Assembly: GCA_963817525.1 (NCBI GenBank)
Contig: CAWFOU010000001.1
Coordinates: 576,001-640,000, forward strand
From: an uncultured archaeon
Lineage (GTDB): Archaea; Thermoproteota; Nitrososphaeria; Nitrososphaerales; Gagatemarchaeaceae
DNA length: 64,000 nucleotides
Reading direction: 5' to 3'
A program made the translations under genes and the position numbers. Below are positions 58,126 through 64,000 of the stretch, in pieces (positions within the stretch are counted from its first letter, which is position 1; each line of letters starts with the position of its first letter). The notes below the pieces were generated by a model, which saw only the letters and a program-made list of their open reading frames with translations, ran no database searches and was not told where the DNA came from.

Positions 58126-59199
58126 TCACGCGACTCGCTCGGAGCCGACCAGCACGCCTTCCCCTTTCTTGACCACGCCAATCTCCCGGCCATCAAAGCC
58201 CATCTTCTGGTAGCGGCTGATGACCGCGTCGGCCTCGCTCCGAGGCGTGACGAGGCAGAGCCCCACACCCATGTTGAAGGTCCGGTACATCTCGGCGTCG
58301 GTCAGGTCGCCCTTGCGCTGCAAGAACCCGAATATCGGTGGGGCAGAGCCGATATCCAGGCCGGCCAGGTCGAACTGGAGCTTCCTTGAGCCCACGAGCC
58401 TGGTCAGCTTGGCGAAGGCCCCTCCCGTGATGTGCGCGATCCCGTGGACCTCGCTGCGTCGCAGGGCGTCGAGGGTAGGCCTCACGTAGATCCTGGTCGG
58501 CTTGAGCAGCGCGTCCCCGATGGTCTCCCCCAGCTCCTCGACCTCGTCGTCCATGGTCATCCCTCTAACGACGCGCCGGGCGAGCGTGTAGCCGTTGGAG
58601 TGGAGGCCCGAGCTGGCGATCCCGAGCACCGCGTCGCCCGACCGGATGGCGCTCCCGTCAACTAGTGAGCCCCTCTTCACCAAGCCCACCCCCATCGAGA
58701 CCAGGTCGAACCCGTAACCGTCGACCCCTTTGAGGAGGTCTCCCACTATCGCCGTCTCCCCGCCCACGATGGCAACGCGCGCGTCCGCCGCGCCCGCCAC
58801 GAGCCCCCGGGATAGCTGGGCGACGAACTCGTCGTTCTCCTTCTCAAGCGCGATGTAGTCAAGTAGCGCCACGGGCTCCGCCCCAAGGCAGATGAGGTCG
58901 TTGACCGTCATCGCCACGCAGTCTATCCCGACCGTGTCGAACTTGCGCATCTCCTGCGCTATCAGCACCTTGGTCCCCACCCCGTCGGTGTGCATGGCGA
59001 GAAGCCTCTGCCCGCCGATGTCGATTAGGCCAGCGTAGTGACCGATCCCGATCGCCGGCTCCCCGAACTTGCCCTTCCTCCACTCGAATGTTGCAGAGAG
59101 GACGTCTGCTAAGGAGCCCTGGATGGCGCGCACCTTTTGGACGTCCACGCCAGCGCGCGCGTAGGCGTCGCCCTTCCTCTTTGGTTTCTGGTCGGGCAA
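58126..59199 (-). CDS. purM: Phosphoribosylformylglycinamidine cyclo-ligase
   Basis: YARAGVD, TDGVGTK, GGETA, SSGLHSNGY, HITGG and TFNMG motifs. Confidence 0.93.
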   Translation of the reverse strand: MPDQKPKRKGDAYARAGVDVQKVRAIQGSLADVLSATFEWRKGKFGEPAIGIGHYAGLIDIGGQRLLAMHTDGVGTKVLIAQEMRKFDTVGIDCVAMTVNDLICLGAEPVALLDYIALEKENDEFVAQLSRGLVAGAADARVAIVGGETAIVGDLLKGVDGYGFDLVSMGVGLVKRGSLVDGSAIRSGDAVLGIASSGLHSNGYTLARRVVRGMTMDDEVEELGETIGDALLKPTRIYVRPTLDALRRSEVHGIAHITGGAFAKLTRLVGSRKLQFDLAGLDIGSAPPIFGFLQRKGDLTDAEMYRTFNMGVGLCLVTPRSEADAVISRYQKMGFDGREIGVVKKGEGVLVGSERVA

Positions 59200-59227
59200 G
59201 GGTCGGCCTTGGTGCCTTGGCTAGCTA

Positions 59228-60067
59228 TTAGAGTTCTCGTCCCGTGATGCTTTCGTAGACGTGCACGTACCTTCGGCTTACCTCGTCTACCAGGTCGCGC
59301 GGGAGCTCCGGGGGAGGCGGTACTGGCTGGCCCGCCTTGCGGGCAGAGTCGAGCTTGGCCTTGTACCCGGAGGCCTGGAGCCAGTCGCGCACGGGCTGCT
59401 TGTCGTAGCTCTCCTGGGTCTTCCCGGGCGCGTATGAGGCCGCCGGCCACATCCGGAACTCGTCGGGCCCTATCGAGTCCGCCATCAGGACGTTGCCTGC
59501 GGAGTCCTTCCCGAACTCGAGCTTGAGGTCGGCGAGGATGAAGCCCGCCTCTAGCGCCTTGTTCGACATCTTCTCGTAGACCCCGATGGTCGATGCCTTG
59601 ACCTTCTTCAAGTCGGGCGGGGTCATGAGGCGCTCCTCGAGGATCTGCGCCTCCGTGATCGGCTCGTCGTGGACCTCCGACTTGGTCGTGGGGTCGAAGT
59701 AGGGCGCGGGGAGCCTCGTCGCGAGTACCTTGGGGACGGGCAGGGAGACCTCGCCCTTGCCCATCCTCTCGAAGAGGCTGCCGTAGAGGTAGCCCCTGAC
59801 GACGCACTCGACCATTATCATCTGGAGCTTCTTGACCACCATCCCGTTCGACCCCTCTAGCCTGACCATGTGGTTGGGAACCCCGAGGGTCTCAAACCAG
59901 TAGGCGCCCATCTTGGCGAGGGCCTCGCCCTTACGGGGGATCGCGGTCGGGAGCACCACGTCGAAGGCCGACACCCTGTCGGTGAAGCGGAAGAGAAGGT
60001 GGTCTGAATCGAACTCGTAGATGTCCTTGACCTTCCCTGAGCGGATGAACTTGGGCGCTTTCGCCGT
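59228..60067 (-). CDS. purC: SAICAR synthase (start codon anomalous)
   Basis: SGKVKDIY (upstream of the GTG given in the track), DRVSAFD, ECVVRGYL, DLKLEFG and YDKQPVRDWL motifs. Confidence 0.9.
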   Translation of the reverse strand, partial: TAKAPKFIRSGKVKDIYEFDSDHLLFRFTDRVSAFDVVLPTAIPRKGEALAKMGAYWFETLGVPNHMVRLEGSNGMVVKKLQMIMVECVVRGYLYGSLFERMGKGEVSLPVPKVLATRLPAPYFDPTTKSEVHDEPITEAQILEERLMTPPDLKKVKASTIGVYEKMSNKALEAGFILADLKLEFGKDSAGNVLMADSIGPDEFRMWPAASYAPGKTQESYDKQPVRDWLQASGYKAKLDSARKAGQPVPPPPELPRDLVDEVSRRYVHVYESITGREL

Positions 60068-60178
60068 CTTTACGGTACCCCCATCCTCGGGCTTGCCGTG
60101 AAGAGTTCGTATTTGAGTCTTGTCCGTGAACAGAGAAGGAAAAGATGGTATACCGTTCTATAAGCGATATATGCGGAG

Positions 60179-60958
60179 GTGCGACCTTTTCCGATGTTGC
60201 CTAGCGAACGCGAGGCCATCACTAAGGCAGCGATCCTGTGTGGGGGCGAGGGCAAGAGGCTCAGGCCGCTAACGCAGTATTTCCAGAAGACGATGATACC
60301 CGTGGGCCCCAAGATGAAGCCTCTCCTTGAGTTCGTCGTGAAGCTGATGGTGTACCACGGCGTCCCGGACATCGTCCTGCTCTCGGGGTACAGGGCGGAG
60401 GAGATAGAGAGATATTTTGGGGACGGGGCGAGGTTCGGTGCTAGGATCAGCTACTCGAGGGATGCCGAGGAGGCAGGCGGAAGCGCACAAGCCCTCATGC
60501 ACGCGATCTCCGACGGAAAAATCGGGAAATTCGACGAGCTGATAGTCTACTACGGCGACGTGCTCTCAGCTCTCGACGTAGGGGCGGTCCTGGGCAAACA
60601 CCGCTCCTCGCGCGCGGACATGACCCTCGTGCTCTCCAAGAACTATGCCGTTCCAGTGGGTGTGGCTCAGGTGCGGGGCGACCGCGTGGTCAAGTTCCGC
60701 GAAAAGCCGGACCTCGGCCTTACAGTGACCATGGGCTGCATCGCGATGTCTTACTCTTGCGTCGGGATTCTCAGGCAGATCACTTCTCGTGGCCAGAAGA
60801 GGGACATCATGGGTCACCTCGTGCCCCGGGTGATAGAGCGCGGAATGAAGGTGGCGCCATTCTATCTCGACAGGTTCTGGTACGACGTAGGCTCTACCGA
60901 GGCCTTCGAGAGGCTCGATGACGCCACCCTGGGCTCACACATGGGATTCCTGGACTGA
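60179..60958 (+). CDS. NDP-sugar pyrophosphorylase family nucleotidyltransferase
   Basis: ILCGGEGKRLRPLT...K, YGDV, FREKP and WYDVGS motifs. Confidence 0.88.
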   Translation: MRPFPMLPSEREAITKAAILCGGEGKRLRPLTQYFQKTMIPVGPKMKPLLEFVVKLMVYHGVPDIVLLSGYRAEEIERYFGDGARFGARISYSRDAEEAGGSAQALMHAISDGKIGKFDELIVYYGDVLSALDVGAVLGKHRSSRADMTLVLSKNYAVPVGVAQVRGDRVVKFREKPDLGLTVTMGCIAMSYSCVGILRQITSRGQKRDIMGHLVPRVIERGMKVAPFYLDRFWYDVGSTEAFERLDDATLGSHMGFLD

Positions 60959-60964
60959 TCCGGG

Positions 60965-62074
60965 TTGCTTTCTGTAGCGTTCAAGCTCCTGATCAGGCAC
61001 GTCGAGAGGACTGCGGTCACCGTATTGATGCTCGTGCCGGTCGTGGCGCTGCTGATAAGCTCCAGCATGGTCACCTCAGGGTACCTCCAGCAGGCGACCG
61101 CGGCCGTGACCCTGGTGCAGCCGTCGAACGCGTACGTTGCATACCAAGGGGGGAGCTCCGGTCCCTCGTCGAGCTCGATCAGCTACGATTCCTACCTCCG
61201 CATCCAGGCAAGTTGCGTGAACTCGTCGCTCCCCCTCCTCAGTTTTCCGTCGGTCGTCACCGACGGCGGGAGAAGCGCAAACTCCTCGCTCCTGGCCACC
61301 AACATGACTGCGTTCGTCCTCGCGAGAAGCTCGGTGGTCTACGGCAAGGTGGCATTAGTCGGGGACCAAGTGGACGCAGGCGCAATCATCTCAAAGATCT
61401 TGGACATCAGGGTTGGAGATTTGGTCACGGTCGATGCCTTCTCTCGAACTGAAACGCTTACGGTGGTGGGCATATTCAACTCGACCGACCAGTCAGACAC
61501 AGGTCTCATACTTCCGCTCTCGTCTTCGTGGGCGCTATGGCCCCAGACAGCGAACAGGATATCCTACGTCGAGTTCGTCGCGCCGGACGGGGCAGCCATA
61601 TCGAGCTTCTCGGGGAACATGACGGTAATCAGGGAGGAGGGAATCGACCAGATCGCGCGATCTTTTGACAGTCAGACGTCGGCCCTCCTGACAGACTTGA
61701 CGTACATCCTCTTTGCGCTCGCGGGTGCCGCGGCCGTTGCAGCCGCCTCAAGGGTTGTCACTGAAGTCTCCCAGGAATACAGAACCGTGCGGGCTCTCGG
61801 TGCAAGGCTCTCGGCGGCGCGTGCTCTCGTGTTCTACGAGCTGCTCATCATCTCCGGGGTGGCCGTGCTTGTGGGCATCTCAGCCGGAATCGTCGCGACA
61901 TCGATGCTGGGAACGCTGTTCAAGGCCGTGGATGGCTTGCCCCTAGCGCCCAGCATAAACCCGGCGGAGCTGTTCGCCGTGGGGACCGCCTCGTTCCTCT
62001 TCATCCTCGGCGCAGGATCGGTCTCGTTGATGTGGTTGCCGAGGAGGATCAGCGAGACAGGAGAATCTCGTTGA
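60965..62074 (+). CDS. FtsX/MacB-like ABC permease
   Basis: N-terminal TM, extracytoplasmic domain, EYRTVRALGA and 3 C-terminal TMs. Confidence 0.78.
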   Translation: MLSVAFKLLIRHVERTAVTVLMLVPVVALLISSSMVTSGYLQQATAAVTLVQPSNAYVAYQGGSSGPSSSSISYDSYLRIQASCVNSSLPLLSFPSVVTDGGRSANSSLLATNMTAFVLARSSVVYGKVALVGDQVDAGAIISKILDIRVGDLVTVDAFSRTETLTVVGIFNSTDQSDTGLILPLSSSWALWPQTANRISYVEFVAPDGAAISSFSGNMTVIREEGIDQIARSFDSQTSALLTDLTYILFALAGAAAVAAASRVVTEVSQEYRTVRALGARLSAARALVFYELLIISGVAVLVGISAGIVATSMLGTLFKAVDGLPLAPSINPAELFAVGTASFLFILGAGSVSLMWLPRRISETGESR

Positions 62075-63321
62075 TTTTCACCAAGATCGCGAAGGTCCTC
62101 AGCTCGAAGAGGGCTATCTTCTCTCTGGCCCTGATCCTGCTCATAACGTCGGCCGCCTTCGCCGTGACATCGTCAGTCCTCCTCTCGGTCGAGAACACGG
62201 CTTCGGAGATGCTGGGAGAATCGGGGAACACAATCGTGGTCGCCCAGGAAAACTCCAAGGCGCCATTCCTAGGGACCCTCCCCATCGGTCTCGCGGATAG
62301 CCTTGGGTCGGTGCCGGGCGTGCAGGTGATAAGCCCCGAGGTCTTCGCGCCGTCGACCCTGTCGAACCAGGCGGTAATGGTTCGGGGTGTAAATCCGGAG
62401 TTGTTCATGGAGCTTCAGAAACCCATCATTCTGGAGGGAAGCGCGCTCTCGGCCAACGATACAACCGGGGCGATGGTGGGAGAGACCCTCGCGAGACAGA
62501 TGAGCCTACAGCCCGGCTCCCAGATCATCCTCGTTGGAGGCGTCCGGGCGACCATCGCCCAACTCACGGTTGAGGCGGTCTTCTCGACTGGGACCCCCCT
62601 CGACAACGAGGTGATCGCCCCTCTCTGGGTTGGAGATTGGTTGAGGGGACTGAGCTACAGCACAATCTCCATCATCAGGATCGAGGTCAGCCCGAATGAG
62701 GCTCCCTCCAAGGTCGCCCTAGCGGTGCAACAAGTCGTCCGGAACGATTCTGGCGGCGCCTCCGGGGGGAGCCAGGAGGCCGTGGAGCCAGGGCTGCCCA
62801 TCACGTCACACTTGGGCAGCTTGGCAGGATACGACATCGAGGCGTCTCCCGACGTTTCCTCCACCTTCTTCAGCAAGACGGTGGGTCTGAGCCAGGAGAA
62901 CATCTTGCTCATCTCCGCCCTTGTCTTCGTGAGCATGTCCGTAGCGATCGTCTGCGCCCTCCAGGAGGCGGTGTTCCGGGCGAGGAACGAACTTGGCGCC
63001 ATGAGGACGATAGGAATGAGCTCTAGGAAGCTCTCGTGGAACCTTATCCTCGTCGCGACCTCTCTCAGCTTGGTCGCCTCCGTCGGCGGGCTCCTCGTCG
63101 GGTGGGGCTTCCTCACCCTCGTCTCAACACTCAGCCCTATCCAGATCGCGTTCTACGCCGTGGACCCGCTAACCGCCTTCCCCCTGGCCTCGCTCTACTC
63201 GGTCATCCTCGTGACGGTGGCGGGCTTCGTCGCCGCTGCGTTCTCTTCCCTCCGGTTCAGGCAGCCACTGACGGTCTACGAGATGACCCTCCCTTTCATG
63301 GAGTCTGACCTCGATGGCTAG
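62071..63321 (+). CDS. FtsX/MacB-like ABC permease
   Basis: ELGAMRTIGMS motif; TTGA overlap with the previous gene. Confidence 0.8.
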   Translation: MIFTKIAKVLSSKRAIFSLALILLITSAAFAVTSSVLLSVENTASEMLGESGNTIVVAQENSKAPFLGTLPIGLADSLGSVPGVQVISPEVFAPSTLSNQAVMVRGVNPELFMELQKPIILEGSALSANDTTGAMVGETLARQMSLQPGSQIILVGGVRATIAQLTVEAVFSTGTPLDNEVIAPLWVGDWLRGLSYSTISIIRIEVSPNEAPSKVALAVQQVVRNDSGGASGGSQEAVEPGLPITSHLGSLAGYDIEASPDVSSTFFSKTVGLSQENILLISALVFVSMSVAIVCALQEAVFRARNELGAMRTIGMSSRKLSWNLILVATSLSLVASVGGLLVGWGFLTLVSTLSPIQIAFYAVDPLTAFPLASLYSVILVTVAGFVAAAFSSLRFRQPLTVYEMTLPFMESDLDG

Positions 63322-64000
63322 TGAAAGGCACCGCGCCCTCCTATTCGTCCTCCCCTTTGCAGTCGCGGTGCTCCTAAGGATCTACCCATACCTGGTATAC
63401 GGTGTCCCCTACTCGACCGATTCGTGGTCTCCGATAAGGAACACGCAGGAGCTCCTAGCGTACACGCCGACCAGCCTAGGAGGCAACCCCGTCTTCGACA
63501 GTTACAACATCTACTGGCCGGCAAACTCGGTATTCGGAGCCGTCGCGTCTCTCGTGTTCAACTTGTCCCCCATCAAGATAATGCCGCTCATTTTCCCCGT
63601 GGTAGGAGCCGTCACCGTGATCATCTTCTTCCTGGTGGCCGAGGAGATAAGCGGAAGCGCCGTGATCGCGTCGATCGCGGCTCTCTTCCTCGCCACGGCC
63701 GGAGTCGACGCCATCTTCACGGCCGCGGTGACAAAGGAGACCTATGCAGAGCCGCTATTCATGGTGTCCATCCTGCTCCTGCTTTGGAAGACCGACAAGA
63801 GGAGCGGAGCCCTCTTCGCGATAACTTCGGTGACCTTGGCGCTCTCCCATCACGCCACGTCGGTGCTGCTCCTGGTGGTTGCGGCCACGATTATCTCCGT
63901 CAACTCCGTCCTGCTAGAAAGGAGAGGGGAACCCATAGGGAGGAAGCCGCTCCTCCTTGTCATTGGCGGGGGGATAACCCTCGCCTACTTCTTGCTCTAC
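63314..64000 (+). CDS. Polytopic membrane protein, GT-C-like, 3'-truncated by window edge
   Basis: Hand-translated MASERHRALLFVLPFAVAVLLRIYPYL..YSTDSW...; open to the window end; absent from the ORF track. Confidence 0.65.
   Translation, partial: MASERHRALLFVLPFAVAVLLRIYPYLVYGVPYSTDSWSPIRNTQELLAYTPTSLGGNPVFDSYNIYWPANSVFGAVASLVFNLSPIKIMPLIFPVVGAVTVIIFFLVAEEISGSAVIASIAALFLATAGVDAIFTAAVTKETYAEPLFMVSILLLLWKTDKRSGALFAITSVTLALSHHATSVLLLVVAATIISVNSVLLERRGEPIGRKPLLLVIGGGITLAYFLLY

Noticed and set aside
1-64000. tRNA/rRNA genes
   Set aside because: GTTCGA-like hits (e.g. near 23495 and 43981) lack a cloverleaf context by eye; tRNAscan-SE would be decisive

Overview
GC-rich archaeal chromosomal segment, most likely a non-ammonia-oxidising Nitrososphaerota/TACK lineage. 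This is inferred from the TFB motifs, SmAP3-type Lsm, TrpB2, TATA boxes about 25-30 nt before many start codons and frequent TTG starts. Most genes are housekeeping or metabolic (hom, lysC, trpB2, mdh, etfAB, acs, purB/M/C, nnrD, tfb, mscL, rnhA, lsrF, coxMS-xdhC, ABC/MFS transporters), mixed with many wHTH/PadR regulators, KaiC-type signalling modules, a large surface protein, one intact and one decayed TnpB element and a vapBC module. The main candidate for a new system is a two-gene cassette that occurs twice: a 363-387 aa tandem Lrp/AsnC-like regulator lying tail-to-tail with a small gene encoding a signal-peptide-like precursor. Locus 1 is 1468-2812, whose precursor has three identical GDPGGPGAPN cores. 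Locus 2 is 30945-32239, with a 38-aa peptide missing from the ORF track and next to a CPBP intramembrane protease. The layout suggests an archaeal peptide-signalling (quorum-sensing-like) receptor/pheromone system; that function is inference only. No tRNA, rRNA or CRISPR array was seen. All family assignments come from motif recognition by eye, not database searches.
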